A DNA stretch of 64,000 nucleotides, from positions 62,001 through 126,000 of the forward strand of contig CAXXQE010000006.1 in NCBI GenBank assembly GCA_963665615.2, given 5' to 3'. Shown piece by piece: positions 19,455 to 30,296 of this stretch. Position numbers and translations under genes: made by a program. Below the pieces are notes generated by a model. The model searched no databases, was not told where the DNA came from, and saw nothing but the letters and a program-made list of their open reading frames with translations. Positions within the stretch are counted from its first letter, which is position 1, and each line of letters begins with the position of its first letter. This DNA is from Syntrophales bacterium. Lineage in GTDB: Bacteria > Desulfobacterota > Syntrophia > Syntrophales > UBA4778.

Positions 19455-20367
19455 GATCCGCCCGCTTACCTCGCAGCAAACTGCGAGCAGTGCGCTCGCT
19501 GCCGGATTCACCGGCCTCGGAACCTTCTGCGTTTTCGAGTCGGATCAGCTTCACTTTCCGGATCAGGCGTTCATCGGCCTCTTCGATCGTCATCTTCAGG
19601 CAGTCGTACTGAACGTTTTCACCGGCCGTCGGAATGCGTTTGAGAAGGTGCAGGATAAAGCCCGCAAGCGTTTCATACTTCCCCTCGGGAATCTCAATCT
19701 GAAAGCGCTCTCCGATCTCTTCGATCGGCACCCGGCCATCGGCCAAACATCCACCGTCCGCACAATCGATCATCATCTTCTCCTCGACATCGTACTCATC
19801 GGAGATCTCTCCGACGATTTCCTCCAATAGATCCTCCAGGGTCACCAGTCCAGAGGTTCCGCCGTACTCGTCGATGACGATCGCCATGTGTTGCTTGTTT
19901 TGCTTGAATTCCAGCAAAAGCTGATGGATCGTCTTGGTTTCCGGAATGAAGTATGGGGGCCTCAGGCGGGAAATCAAAGCCCCCTCATTAGGCGCAGCAT
20001 TCCAGAACTGAAATAGATCCTTGGCATTGAGAATGCCGACGATGTTGTCGAGGGTCTCATGGAAAACAGGGATTCGGGTATAGCCGTGCTTTTGAATCTG
20101 CTCGACAATGTCCGCAAGCCCGGTATCGACGGACAGGGCCACCATCTCGGTTCTGGGAACCATCACCTCGCGCACGACAGTTCTTCTGAACTCGAGAATG
20201 CTCTGAATCATTTCTCCGGAGTTCTCGTCCAGCAGGCCGCTCTCCTCGCCCTCATCGATAATCGACTGGATTTCCTTCTCCAGGCTCAGGTTGGCTTTTT
20301 CCTTGTCAATGCCGAAGTGCTCTCTGATTTTTCTAAAGTAGGTTCGTAGAATAGTCTTCTCTCCCAT
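19447..20367 (-). CDS. CBS/CorC-HlyC domain protein (CorC/YbeX-like)
   Basis: VREVMVPR, YTRIPV, IDEYGGTSGLVTLEDLLEEIVGEISDEYD and a CorC_HlyC C-terminus. Start uncertain; ATG 20367 chosen because the longer TTG start lies inside a repeat element. Confidence 0.88.
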   Translation of the reverse strand: MGEKTILRTYFRKIREHFGIDKEKANLSLEKEIQSIIDEGEESGLLDENSGEMIQSILEFRRTVVREVMVPRTEMVALSVDTGLADIVEQIQKHGYTRIPVFHETLDNIVGILNAKDLFQFWNAAPNEGALISRLRPPYFIPETKTIHQLLLEFKQNKQHMAIVIDEYGGTSGLVTLEDLLEEIVGEISDEYDVEEKMMIDCADGGCLADGRVPIEEIGERFQIEIPEGKYETLAGFILHLLKRIPTAGENVQYDCLKMTIEEADERLIRKVKLIRLENAEGSEAGESGSERTARSLLRGKRADHV

Positions 20368-20376
20368 ATCAGCCAG

Positions 20377-20515
20377 CAGACTGTTCAAAAATGCTCAGGT
20401 GCAAGGCGCCGCTTAGACCGAGGAGCGGAGTATGGTACGTGAACACCGCAGGCCGAAGCGTAATCCCCGTCTACGCGAGGACAGGCGCAGCAGATGAGCG
20501 TTTTTCAACAGCCTG
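20377..20515. mobile_element. 139-bp MITE-like element with 21-bp imperfect terminal inverted repeats
   Basis: Left end CAGACTGTTCAAAAATGCTCA. Right end TGAGCGTTTTTCAACAGCCTG (reverse complement CAGGCTGTTGAAAAACGCTCA), 18/21 match. No coding capacity. Confidence 0.72.
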
Positions 20516-21388
20516 TCAAAGGCCCCGCATGAATTCCGGCCTTAACCCCGCTTTGTCCCTCGACGCAAGGACACGTTGAATCCGATGCAGCACGGCTTCC
20601 TTTTCTTCCGGCAGGCGCGCTCGAATCGGAAGATAATTGGATGCGTGATTGGAGGTGAAGAAGCAATTCGAAAATTGCGACTCGGCTACAATGATTCCGA
20701 GCTCTTCAATGAAGCCGAAGGTGTCCGGCAATACAAACTCACCCGCCTGATAGCGTTCGTAAAGCGGCGTCCCGGGAACGACCATGACCGTCAGGGCGCC
20801 GACGTAGTCGGGATCGATTGCCGTCAGAATCTTTGCCGTCTCGGCGGCGTGAACGCGACTATGGTCGCGACCGCCAATCCCGAGCAAAACCGTCACGGAC
20901 AGTTCGATGCCTGCCTCCTTAACGCGCCGGCCGGCGGCTACCATTTTTTCAACGGGCGCCCCCTTCTGCGTTTCCTTGAGCAATTCCTCGCTGCCCGTTT
21001 CGACACCGAGATAAACGATCCCCAGTCCAAGCGCCTTCAGCTCGAGAAGCTCCCCAACCGATTTTTTCAGAATGCTCTTGGCATTGGCGTAAGTTCCAAC
21101 CCTGCGAACCCAGGGGAGATGCGTCCGAATGGATTCGAGAATCTCAATGAGTCTTTTCTGTGGAACGATCAGGGCGTCTCCGTCGCAGAGAAACACCCGG
21201 TCGTAATGCCTGTAGCGGGACGCCTCGAGAATATCCTCCTGAATCTCCTCAAAGGATTTAATCCGGAAGTGTTTGCCGCGATACGTACCGCAGAAGGTGC
21301 ACCGGTTATGAGAACACCCGACGGTTACCTGCAATAAAAGACTCGCCGCCTCGCTGGGAGGACGAATGATCATGCCTTCGTATTTCAT
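20516..21388 (-). CDS. Radical SAM protein
   Basis: IIRPPSEAASLLLQVTVGCSHNRCTFC (Cx4Cx2C variant), FLCDGDAL, YLGVETG. Confidence 0.88.
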   Translation of the reverse strand: MKYEGMIIRPPSEAASLLLQVTVGCSHNRCTFCGTYRGKHFRIKSFEEIQEDILEASRYRHYDRVFLCDGDALIVPQKRLIEILESIRTHLPWVRRVGTYANAKSILKKSVGELLELKALGLGIVYLGVETGSEELLKETQKGAPVEKMVAAGRRVKEAGIELSVTVLLGIGGRDHSRVHAAETAKILTAIDPDYVGALTVMVVPGTPLYERYQAGEFVLPDTFGFIEELGIIVAESQFSNCFFTSNHASNYLPIRARLPEEKEAVLHRIQRVLASRDKAGLRPEFMRGL

Positions 21389-21401
21389 AAATTCATCACA
21401 T

Positions 21402-21431
21402 AAAAAAAGGATCGGCTTGAATGGCCGATCC
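21402..21431 (-). terminator. Probable intrinsic terminator after the tRNA pair
   Basis: GGATCGGC/GCCGATCC stem followed by T7 on the minus strand. Confidence 0.75.
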
Positions 21432-21443
21432 CTCTTTTAAAAC

Positions 21444-21520
21444 TGGCGGGGCCGATGGGACTTGAACCCACGCCCTCCGACGTGACAGGCCGGCGTTATA
21501 ACCAACTTAACTACGACCCC
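21444..21520 (-). tRNA. tRNA-Asp (GTC)
   Basis: GGGGTCGTAGTTAAGTTGG...CCGGC-CT-GTC-AC-GTCGG...GGTTCAAGTCC...GCCA cloverleaf, 77 nt. Confidence 0.96.
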
Positions 21521-21570
21521 AGTTATATCGCATCCGCTTTTATTTGAGCGGCTCATTGATCTCGTATCAA

Positions 21571-21646
21571 TGGTAGGCGGAACAGGACTTGAACCTGTGA
21601 CATCCACGGTGTAAGCGTGGCGCTCTGCCAACTGAGCTATCCGCCT
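21571..21646 (-). tRNA. tRNA-Val (TAC)
   Basis: AGGCGGATAGCTCAGTTGG...CCACG-CT-TAC-AC-CGTGG...GGTTCAAGTCC...ACCA, 76 nt. Confidence 0.96.
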
Positions 21647-21712
21647 CTCTTGAAGCGCTACTATTTAGCATCTTTGCCGAGAATGTCAAGCAGAAAAATG
21701 AAGCGACCGCCC

Positions 21713-24112
21713 CTAGGCATTAAAGCCCACCGGCGTTTCCGCCAGAGTCGCAACCATCTCGCCTGTCTCTGTGGAGGCAAAGGCCCTCCTGAAAACCTCG
21801 TCGACATTTTCAACCAAGATGATTTCAAGGTCATTCCGGACATTCCGTGGAATATCCGTCAGGTCTTTTTCGTTATCTTTTGGAATGATAACGGTTTTCA
21901 GATTCCCGCGATGAGCTGCCAGGAGCTTCTCCTTCAGGCCGCCGATCGGCAGCACGCGGCCTCTGAGGGTGATCTCGCCCGTCATCGCCACATCCCCTCG
22001 GACCTTCTTACGCGTCAGGGCAGACGCAATCGCCGTGGCCATCGCAATACCCGCAGAGGGACCGTCTTTCTGAATGGCCCCTTCCGGCACATGCACATGG
22101 ACATCGATTTCCTTATAGAAGTTCTCGGGCAATTCAAACTCATCCGCACGCGATCGCACGAAGGTAAAAGCTGCCTGCGCGGACTCTTGCATGACATCGC
22201 CCAGCTTGCCCGTTAGGGTCAGCTTGCCAGTGCCGCGCATCGTTGAAACCTCGATGGGAAGCAGCTCGCCGCCCACTTCGGTCCAAGCCAGCCCGATGGT
22301 GAGACCGACCGCATCTTTCCCCTCGGTTTCACCGTGGCGATACTTTGGAATGCCGAGATACTTTTCCGCCGTCTTCGATTTGATCTGGATCGTCTTTGTT
22401 TGCCCCTCGCTGACGATTTCGCGGGCCACCTTGCGGCAAACCGATGCAATCTCCCTTTCGAGATTCCGCACGCCGGCCTCTCGCGTGTACTGACGAATGA
22501 TCGTCAGGAGCGCCCCTTCCGAGAAGCTGATGTTCTGGGCCGTTAGCCCGTTGGCCTCCAGTTCCTTGCTGACCAGGAACTTCTTGGCGATATTGAGCTT
22601 CTCCGGCTCGGTGTAACCGGCAATTCGTATCACCTCCATACGATCTTGCAGCGGCGCGGGAATCGTAGGCAACACATTCGCCGTCGTAATGAACATGATA
22701 TCGGACAGATCGTAATCGACTTCGAGATAGTTGTCGTTGAACGCGCTGTTCTGCTCGGGATCAAGCACCTCCAGAAGCGCCGAGGCGGGATCACCGCGGA
22801 AATCGGAGCTCAACTTGTCGATTTCGTCCAGACAGAAGACCGGGTTGTTGGAACCCGCCTTCTTCAAGAGCTGAACGATCTTGCCCGGCAGGGCGCCGAT
22901 GTAAGTCCGGCGATGCCCCCTGATCTCAGCTTCATCGCGCAGACCGCCCAGCGACAACCGCACGAACTTGCGATTGGTCGCACGCGCGATCGATTTGGCA
23001 ATCGATGTTTTCCCCACCCCCGGCGGACCGACCAGGCAAAGAATCGACCCCTTGTTCTTCTGAACGAGGCTCTGCACCGCCAGATACTCCAGGATGCGTT
23101 CCTTCACCTTTTTCAGTCCGTAGTGATCCTGATCGAGAATTGCTTCCGAATCCTTGAGTGTGTTGGTATTCTCAGTCTTTTCCTGCCAGGGCAAATCGAG
23201 GAGCCAGTCGATATAATTGCGAACGACAGTGGCCTCCGCAGACATAGGCGCCATCATTTTAAGTTTCTTGATCTCGTGCTTGATCTTCTTCTGGGCCTCT
23301 TCGGACATCTTCTTGGCTTTGGCCTTGCGCTCGAGGTCCTCGATCTCGTTTTTGAAGTCGTCCTTTTCCCCCATCTCCTTCTGGATGGCGCGCATCTGCT
23401 CGTTGAGATAGTAATCCTTCTGGGTCTTCTCCATCTGTTTCTTGACCCGTCGCTTGATGCGCTCCTCCACCTCGAGGATCTCCGTTTCAGAGATCAGCAA
23501 TCCGTAGATCTTCTCCAGACGATCGGTCACATCAAAGACTTCCAGCAGCTTCTGCTTATCCTCCAGCTTGATACCCAGATGAGAGGCAATGACGTCCGCA
23601 AGCTTTCCGGGTTCGCTGATTGACGAAATCGTTCCCATCATCTCAGGCGGAACCTTCTTGCTCAACTTGGCATAATTCTCAAAAGCCTCATTAATGCTGC
23701 GAACCAGGGCCTCCGTCTTAACAGAGACCACTCCCTCCGGCTCCTCCAGAGATTCAACGTCCACTATATAAAAATTGGCATTCGGCACGTAGTCCTTGAT
23801 GCGCCCACGCTGCTTGCCCTCCACCAGGACCTTGACCGATCCGTCTGGAAGCCTCAACAACTGGATGATCGTTCCGATCGTGCCGATCCGGTAAATATCT
23901 TCTTCAAGCGGCTCATCCTTCTGAGCGTTCTTCTGGGCAGATAAAAAGATGCCCTTTTCCGATTTCATCGCAGCCTCGAGGGCATTGACGGACCGCTCCC
24001 GTCCGACAAAAAGGGGCACGATCATGTGCGGAAATACAACGACATCCCTCAGTGGAAGCAACGGGATGACCAGCCCTTTTTCATTTTCATTATTTTTTTT
24101 CAAGTTTAACAT
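21713..24112 (-). CDS. lon: ATP-dependent protease La
   Basis: [11 protein letters not shown]-domain, GPPGVGKTS Walker A, KDGPSAG catalytic Ser, PIGGLKEK. Confidence 0.98.
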   Translation of the reverse strand: MLNLKKNNENEKGLVIPLLPLRDVVVFPHMIVPLFVGRERSVNALEAAMKSEKGIFLSAQKNAQKDEPLEEDIYRIGTIGTIIQLLRLPDGSVKVLVEGKQRGRIKDYVPNANFYIVDVESLEEPEGVVSVKTEALVRSINEAFENYAKLSKKVPPEMMGTISSISEPGKLADVIASHLGIKLEDKQKLLEVFDVTDRLEKIYGLLISETEILEVEERIKRRVKKQMEKTQKDYYLNEQMRAIQKEMGEKDDFKNEIEDLERKAKAKKMSEEAQKKIKHEIKKLKMMAPMSAEATVVRNYIDWLLDLPWQEKTENTNTLKDSEAILDQDHYGLKKVKERILEYLAVQSLVQKNKGSILCLVGPPGVGKTSIAKSIARATNRKFVRLSLGGLRDEAEIRGHRRTYIGALPGKIVQLLKKAGSNNPVFCLDEIDKLSSDFRGDPASALLEVLDPEQNSAFNDNYLEVDYDLSDIMFITTANVLPTIPAPLQDRMEVIRIAGYTEPEKLNIAKKFLVSKELEANGLTAQNISFSEGALLTIIRQYTREAGVRNLEREIASVCRKVAREIVSEGQTKTIQIKSKTAEKYLGIPKYRHGETEGKDAVGLTIGLAWTEVGGELLPIEVSTMRGTGKLTLTGKLGDVMQESAQAAFTFVRSRADEFELPENFYKEIDVHVHVPEGAIQKDGPSAGIAMATAIASALTRKKVRGDVAMTGEITLRGRVLPIGGLKEKLLAAHRGNLKTVIIPKDNEKDLTDIPRNVRNDLEIILVENVDEVFRRAFASTETGEMVATLAETPVGFNA

Positions 24113-24137
24113 GTCTATAACCTAGCCTCTTTATCCG

Positions 24138-25400
24138 TTACGCCGTCTCCGTCTTCTTTTCGAATAGCAGGATTGGCATCTCTTTCTTCAAAACAACCTC
24201 TTCGCTAATCACGCATTCCTTCACATCGTTGCGCGAGGGGATGTCATACATGACATCCAGCATAATGTTTTCAAGAATTGCTCTCAATCCCCGAGCCCCG
24301 GTTTTTCTTTCGATGGAAAGCTTGGCGATCGCACGCAGAGCGCCATCCGTAAACTTCAGTTTGACGTCTTCCAGCTCAAAGGCCTTCTTGTATTGTTTTG
24401 CAATCGAATTTTTCGGTTCGACCAAAATTTTAATCAGATCCTCTTCATCGAGCTCATTCATGGTCGCCAGAACCGGCAACCGACCGATAAACTCGGGAAT
24501 AAGCCCGTATTTCAGCAGATCTTCCGGCTGCACATCCGACAGAATCTCGCCGATGTTCTTCTCACTCTTGCCTTTGATCTCAGCGCCAAATCCCATGGCG
24601 TTGACGCCCGTGCGTTTCTCGATAATCTCATCCAGCCCGACAAATGCCCCACCACAAATGAACAGGATATTGGTCGTATCGACCTGGATAAACTCCTGCT
24701 GCGGATGCTTCCGACCGCCCTTGGGCGGGATATTGGCCATCGTCCCTTCAATGATCTTCAACAGGGCCTGCTGGACACCTTCGCCGGAAACGTCTCGCGT
24801 AATGGAGGGGCTGCCGGACTTTCTCGAAATCTTGTCGATTTCGTCGATATAAACGATACCGCGCGAGGCCCGCTCCACATCATAATCCGCATTCTGCAAC
24901 AGGCTTAAAATGATATTTTCGACGTCCTCACCGACATAACCCGCTTCCGTCAACGCTGTCGCATCGGCGATAGCGAAAGGAACATCGAGCATCTTCGCCA
25001 GAGTCTTTGCAAGCAAGGTCTTGCCCGATCCGGTAGGCCCGATCAGCAAGATATTGCTCTTCTGCATCTCGACCCCGTCCAGACTGATCCCGGAATACAA
25101 TCGTTTGTAATGGTTGTAAACCGCAACCGACAGGATCTTCTTAGGGCGTTCCTGACCGATGACATACTGATCTAGAAACTTCTTGATATCCTGCGGTTCC
25201 GGAATCTTTTTACGCGTCGGCTCGACCCGCTGCGTGTCGGTATCTTCCTGAATAATGCCCCGGCACAGTTCGATGCATTCGTCACAAATATAGGCAGAAG
25301 GCCCCGCCACCAGCTTTCTCACTTCGTTTTGCGTCTTACCGCAAAACGAGCAAAACAGCATGCCCCGGTTCCCTTCATTTTCTCTATATTTTCTTGCCAT
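24138..25400 (-). CDS. clpX: Clp protease ATP-binding subunit ClpX
   Basis: CSFCGK...ICDEC zinc finger, [22 protein letters not shown]. Confidence 0.98.
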   Translation of the reverse strand: MARKYRENEGNRGMLFCSFCGKTQNEVRKLVAGPSAYICDECIELCRGIIQEDTDTQRVEPTRKKIPEPQDIKKFLDQYVIGQERPKKILSVAVYNHYKRLYSGISLDGVEMQKSNILLIGPTGSGKTLLAKTLAKMLDVPFAIADATALTEAGYVGEDVENIILSLLQNADYDVERASRGIVYIDEIDKISRKSGSPSITRDVSGEGVQQALLKIIEGTMANIPPKGGRKHPQQEFIQVDTTNILFICGGAFVGLDEIIEKRTGVNAMGFGAEIKGKSEKNIGEILSDVQPEDLLKYGLIPEFIGRLPVLATMNELDEEDLIKILVEPKNSIAKQYKKAFELEDVKLKFTDGALRAIAKLSIERKTGARGLRAILENIMLDVMYDIPSRNDVKECVISEEVVLKKEMPILLFEKKTETA

Positions 25401-25416
25401 GGAGATCTTCCTCTCT

Positions 25417-26010
25417 TTACTTTCTTAAATCGCGCCGGCTGATCACCTGATCTACAATCCCGTATTCGAGGGCCTGCTCGCTGCTCATAAAATAATCACG
25501 CTCGGTATCGTTTTCAATCTTTCCGATCGGCTGCCCGGTATGAGACGCCAGAATCTGATTGAGTTCCGCTTTCAAGCGCAGTATCTCATTGGCGTGAATG
25601 CTGATATCGGTCGCCTGTCCCTGAAAACCGCCCAGCGGCTGGTGAATCAGAACCCTGGCATGCGGCAATGCGAAACGTTTGCCCTTTTCGCCCGCTGCCA
25701 GCAGCAAGGCAGCCATGCTGGCGGCCTGTCCCATGCATACGGTACTGACCGTGGGTTTAATATACTGCATCGTATCGTAAATCGCCATCCCGGCGCTGAC
25801 GACACCCCCCGGAGAATTAATATAGAAGAATATCTCACGATCCGGGTCTTCCGATTCAAGATAAAGCAATTGGGCAATCACCAGATTAGAAATATCGTCA
25901 TCAATGGCCGTTCCCAGGAAAATAATCCTGTCTTTCAAAAGGCGCGAATAAATGTCGAACGCACGTTCGCCCCGACCATCCTGCTCGACCACCATTGGAA
26001 TCAGTGTCAT
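25417..26010 (-). CDS. clpP: Clp protease proteolytic subunit
   Basis: [33 protein letters not shown]. Confidence 0.98.
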   Translation of the reverse strand: MTLIPMVVEQDGRGERAFDIYSRLLKDRIIFLGTAIDDDISNLVIAQLLYLESEDPDREIFFYINSPGGVVSAGMAIYDTMQYIKPTVSTVCMGQAASMAALLLAAGEKGKRFALPHARVLIHQPLGGFQGQATDISIHANEILRLKAELNQILASHTGQPIGKIENDTERDYFMSSEQALEYGIVDQVISRRDLRK

Positions 26011-26011
26011 A

Positions 26012-27337
26012 TCAACCCTCTTTTTGAGCGTTCTCGGGCTTGACCATTTTAATCGAGGCCTTTTCCTCGATAAACTGAATGGTTTTCTGCTCGATGATTT
26101 CCGCCTTCAAACTGTCTACCATATCGTCTTTTTCGCATGCTTTCTTGACCGAGTCGACATCCCGACCGAATCGGGCGGCCATCAAACGAATCCGTTCTTC
26201 AAGATCCTGCTCGTCGGCCGTGATACCCTCTCGGGCGGCAATCGCATCAAGGAGAAGCCCTATCTTGACTTGTCTTTCCGCTTCGCCCTTCATGTTGTCC
26301 TTCATCCGGTAGGACAGCTCCGCCGCCTTTTGGGGATCCACACCGCTTCTCGCCATCTGCTGCTGGTAATTCATGATCATCATGTAGAGTTGACGATCGA
26401 CCAGCGATTCCGGCACTTCAAAAACGTTCTTCTCTAAGAGGTTGTCGAGCATTTTCCGGGTAAATGCGGAGGCAACCATCGCTTTCTGCTCTTCCTCGAT
26501 AGCCTCCCGGATATTGGTCTTCAATGCCTCGATAGATTCAAACCGTTCGAAGTTCTTCATGAATTCTTCATCGAGGTCAGGAGTCCGCTTCATTTTGATC
26601 GCCTTCACCGTCACCTTGAAGACGGCCTCTTTGCCGGCAACATCCTTTGCGCCGTATTCAGTCGGGAAAGTGATGGGGAACTCCTTCTCTTGATCTTTTT
26701 TCAATCCCACCAGTTCTTTTTCAAAACCGGGGATGAAACGACCGGATCCTATTTCTAAAAGATAGTTATCCGCCTTCATGGAGTCAAGGGCCTTGCCGTC
26801 AACAGAACCCTGAAAATCGATGGAAACGAAATCACCCTCCTGAACGGCCCTGTCCTCAACAATGTCCTCAACCGTACTGTACATGTTACGCAGCTCGTCG
26901 ATTTTACTGTTAACCGCCTCATCGGTAACCACGGCTTCCTCTTTCTCCAATTCGAGACCGAGGTAGCCCTGAGGATCAATCACCGGCCTGGTCTCAACCG
27001 TTGCACTGAAAACGAAATCCGCCTCCGGCGTAATCCCCTGCTGATCCACAACGGGCTGCGAGGCCGGCGTGATGTTGTTTTTCTCGATGGCATCCCAATA
27101 GTTGTCGTTTACAAGGCTGGAGATCGCCTCACCCTCCGCCTGATCCTTATAATACGTTTCCAGGATCTTGCGGGGCGTCTTCCCGGGTCGAAAACCTTTC
27201 ACCCGTGCCTGTTTTCCGACTTTAACATAGGCAAAATCCAGTTCCTTTTTGACACGCTCCCAGGGAATCTCGAACGTAAGCTTCTTCTTAACCGGGCTGA
27301 CTTCCTCAATCTTGATCGTTACATCCATCGATATCAT
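26012..27337 (-). CDS. tig: Trigger factor
   Basis: GFRPGKTP ribosome-binding motif, FKBP-like FIPGFE, position upstream of clpP. Confidence 0.96.
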   Translation of the reverse strand: MISMDVTIKIEEVSPVKKKLTFEIPWERVKKELDFAYVKVGKQARVKGFRPGKTPRKILETYYKDQAEGEAISSLVNDNYWDAIEKNNITPASQPVVDQQGITPEADFVFSATVETRPVIDPQGYLGLELEKEEAVVTDEAVNSKIDELRNMYSTVEDIVEDRAVQEGDFVSIDFQGSVDGKALDSMKADNYLLEIGSGRFIPGFEKELVGLKKDQEKEFPITFPTEYGAKDVAGKEAVFKVTVKAIKMKRTPDLDEEFMKNFERFESIEALKTNIREAIEEEQKAMVASAFTRKMLDNLLEKNVFEVPESLVDRQLYMMIMNYQQQMARSGVDPQKAAELSYRMKDNMKGEAERQVKIGLLLDAIAAREGITADEQDLEERIRLMAARFGRDVDSVKKACEKDDMVDSLKAEIIEQKTIQFIEEKASIKMVKPENAQKEG

Positions 27338-27365
27338 AACTCCTTATTTTTACTTGATTCCAGTT

Positions 27366-27453
27366 TGGTGCGAGAGAGGGGAGTCGAACCCCTAGTCCGT
27401 GTAAACGGGCTGGATCCTAAGTCCAGTGCGTCTGCCAATTTCGCCACTCTCGC
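27366..27453 (-). tRNA. tRNA-Leu (TAG)
   Basis: GCGAGAGTGGCGAAATTGG...CTGGA-CT-TAG-GA-TCCAG, long variable arm, GGTTCGACTCC...ACCA, 88 nt. Confidence 0.95.
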
Positions 27454-27655
27454 ATAACTTTTTTATTATAGTTGGCCTCTTGTCGTTGTCAACAGCAATT
27501 CTCGTACCATTTTGTGCAGCCAGCGGCGCGAAAAAACCGCCTCCGGGGGTTCCGACCTCTCCGCAACATCCTTAGATTGTATAGGCTTTTGCTGTTTTCG
27601 GGGCCTTCTCCTTATAATCTATTGTCCGTAAAGTCAATCCAAATGATTGAGGATT

Positions 27656-27688
27656 CCCCGGAGCAAACTGCATGGAGTCCGCTCGCTA
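27656..27688 (-). repeat. REP-like dispersed repeat, partial copy (first hairpin only)
   Basis: Minus strand TAGCGAGCGGACTCCATGCAGTTTGCTCCGGGG compared with copy 1 TAGCGAGCGCATTCCTTGCAACTTGCTGTGGGG. Confidence 0.6.
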
Positions 27689-27828
27689 CCGGATAGGAGA
27701 CGCTTTACGATAAACTCGGCTGAGACAGACGTTGTTTCATGAAAAAAATTGAATAATTATTTTTAAAATACAGGTTCACGCAGAGCAGATCAGCTGGAAA
27801 TGAGGTGATACAACAGCAGACCGGTTCA

Positions 27829-28827
27829 TCAATCGGTCAAAGACCGAACAAGAGTTCTGACATTGGCGTCATCTAAGACCACATCGTTGTATATCGTCCG
27901 GATATCGTCCGCACAAATTCGTCTGAACTCTTCTTCGATCGGCATGATGATGACACCGCTCATATCGACAGCCCCGGGACTCACCATCAGGCGTTCCCCC
28001 GCCGGGGCGTCATATTTCAACGGACGGTGACGCCACCTCGGATAAACCGCCACCAGCCAGCCGTCATCGTGCCGGGACACGATCACATTGACCATCGGCT
28101 CGTCAACGGGTGCCGCGTCGGCCTTCAGGAAATTCAAGAATAAATTGATGACATGTGCGAGCTCTCCGCCCTCACGCCCCTTCATGAAAACAATTGGCCG
28201 GCCCATGCCGGAGGGCATGTAAATGGCCGTATCGCCAATTTTTTTGTCAGGAAGAGATGAAAACACAATCCGCCGATCGGGCAGACAGGTAACGGGACAG
28301 GCCTGAAAGTGAAGATGGTCGGGTGCCGAGGCGCCACACCATGCGCCATTGTAAAAGACAGCATACATCGGTCCCAGATCGCGGGCCAGGTCCAGCATGG
28401 CCTGGATCGAACCGGCCAGCAACTGCGGCACATGCCGAATATCGGCGATCGTGAAATGCCGGTCGAAGATCGGCATGGGATTGCAGAGGAACAGGAATCG
28501 CTCCTCATAGAGAACCCCCTTCTGCTCCGGGGGGAGATTTACCAGACACAGAAAACAGGCGCTGGCTCGGGGAGCGGACCGGTCGATCTGCGCCCCCGTG
28601 CTCTGGATGCGCCTCGGATTCCACTGAACGGCAACCTCATAACGGTCTTCCTCATCACCGCAGACAAGCGTTCGGGTCTCAACCTGATTCAGCGCCGCAT
28701 GATTCGTCGCCAAAAGCTCCCAGGTCTCAAGTTGCGATCGGAAGAGATTTTCAATCAGTTCCGCCAACGAACAAACTCTGCCATCTCGTTCATAAACGGC
28801 AAACACTTTCTCTCCAGGAATCCTCAT
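27829..28827 (-). CDS. DUF4922-like protein with HIT-like HxHxQ motif
   Basis: QWNPRRIQST, CFLC, NPMPIF..HFTI, YNG..CGASAPDHLHFQ, SPGAVDM. Confidence 0.8.
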   Translation of the reverse strand: MRIPGEKVFAVYERDGRVCSLAELIENLFRSQLETWELLATNHAALNQVETRTLVCGDEEDRYEVAVQWNPRRIQSTGAQIDRSAPRASACFLCLVNLPPEQKGVLYEERFLFLCNPMPIFDRHFTIADIRHVPQLLAGSIQAMLDLARDLGPMYAVFYNGAWCGASAPDHLHFQACPVTCLPDRRIVFSSLPDKKIGDTAIYMPSGMGRPIVFMKGREGGELAHVINLFLNFLKADAAPVDEPMVNVIVSRHDDGWLVAVYPRWRHRPLKYDAPAGERLMVSPGAVDMSGVIIMPIEEEFRRICADDIRTIYNDVVLDDANVRTLVRSLTD

Positions 28828-30296
28828 ACGCCTGTTGTCCCTCTCGCATTCAGATCCTGGCGCGCCAGAATCTCCAAAGTGCGAATGCGATCCTTGAAAG
28901 CGTCATTGCGATTCTTCTGCGCATGAGTCAACCGGGCGTCGGTATTCCCGGACCAGCGCCGACACCAATAGAGGCTGTCGTAGATCCGCCCGATGCGGTG
29001 GCGCCGCGACACGGCGAGCGCCGCGGCATAGTCCTCGCCGTAGCTGACATTGAGGAAGCCAATCTGCCGGATCAGGCTTGTCACAAAGGCACGTGGCGCG
29101 CCTAGTCCGTTGATGCGCAGGGCGTTATTCCGTCCATTGTCGTCAGTCCACTCCCGATGATCGATAAGACCGGGCGGGATTACCTGCATCGCTTCGTTGA
29201 CCAACGTATAGGAGCCGATAACCATCCCGTATTCGCCGGTCCGAAGCTGATCGACGATCTTTTGCAGCGTCGTCGGCTCGCTGTAAAGATCGTCAGAATC
29301 GAGCTGCACGGCAAAGCGGCCGCAGGCATCCGAATAAATCGCCTCGTTCCAGCAACCGCCAATGCCGAGATCGATCCGCTCCGGCACCAGATGCTTTATG
29401 CGTTTGTCTTTTGAAGCATATTGCGCCAACACCTCCGTCGTCCCATCGGTCGAGTGATTGTCCACAACCAGGACGTTGAAAGAAAAATCGGTTTCCTGCG
29501 CCAGTGCGCTTGCCACGGCGTCCGCGACAGTGCCTACGCGGTTCCGAACCGGAATGACGACGCTGGCCTCTACCGGATAATTTTGCACGCCGAGATCCGG
29601 CTTGACATAAACCGGTTCGAGCCACGCGCCGATCCTTTTCAGATGCGCCGTCGCCACCTGTTCCATCTCAATCTGAACCTGGCGCCGAGCCGGGTCCACA
29701 TAATCGAAGAGGCGCTCGCCAGTGCGCTCCAGCTGATCGTGCTTCACTGAAAAATAGAGATACTCCGGAATGTGGACCACGGCGCGAACCGCCGAGACCC
29801 GCAGCCTTAGGCCATACAGGCCTGCCGCGCACCCCTCCACGAGGGGCCCGGACTGCACCAACGCCTTGCGGATCGCCTCCAGCGGGAAAAAAAGAATCTT
29901 GCCGAAATCAAAGTCGTCGCGGAGGCTCCCCAACTGGTAGTCGTTGAGGGGATGACCGACGAGTTCACCACGCTCCAGTGCCTGATAATCCGCATAGAGC
30001 AGCCCTGCCCCAGTGATCCGGGCCACGTCGATGAAACGCAGAAGCGCCCCCTCGCTAAGGCCGATCCGCTCGGAACAATCCAGAAATAGCACATACGGCG
30101 CCGAGACATCTTCCAGCAGGCGGCCGATCCCGGCGCTTTCGCCCATGCGTCCTCGCATACCTGCGATCTTGCCGGAGGAAAGCCCTTCATTCTCCTCCCC
30201 CAAGATCGTCACCTTTGAGATCGAAGGAAGATTTCCAAGACCCGCGAGCCATGCGGCCGGCTCGCGCTGCGGATGATAACCGACGACGTGTATCAT
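28824..30296 (-). CDS. Family 2 glycosyltransferase
   Basis: SVVIPVRNR, VVDNHSTDGT, QLDSDD (DxD), YGEDY. ATG 30296 overlaps the upstream stop. Confidence 0.88.
   Translation of the reverse strand: MIHVVGYHPQREPAAWLAGLGNLPSISKVTILGEENEGLSSGKIAGMRGRMGESAGIGRLLEDVSAPYVLFLDCSERIGLSEGALLRFIDVARITGAGLLYADYQALERGELVGHPLNDYQLGSLRDDFDFGKILFFPLEAIRKALVQSGPLVEGCAAGLYGLRLRVSAVRAVVHIPEYLYFSVKHDQLERTGERLFDYVDPARRQVQIEMEQVATAHLKRIGAWLEPVYVKPDLGVQNYPVEASVVIPVRNRVGTVADAVASALAQETDFSFNVLVVDNHSTDGTTEVLAQYASKDKRIKHLVPERIDLGIGGCWNEAIYSDACGRFAVQLDSDDLYSEPTTLQKIVDQLRTGEYGMVIGSYTLVNEAMQVIPPGLIDHREWTDDNGRNNALRINGLGAPRAFVTSLIRQIGFLNVSYGEDYAAALAVSRRHRIGRIYDSLYWCRRWSGNTDARLTHAQKNRNDAFKDRIRTLEILARQDLNARGTTGV

Noticed and set aside
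22646..23623. 325-aa plus-strand ORF, and similar long antisense ORFs over clpX, the radical SAM gene and the RND gene
   Set aside because: Antisense shadows of well-conserved genes in GC-rich DNA, with no recognisable motifs.
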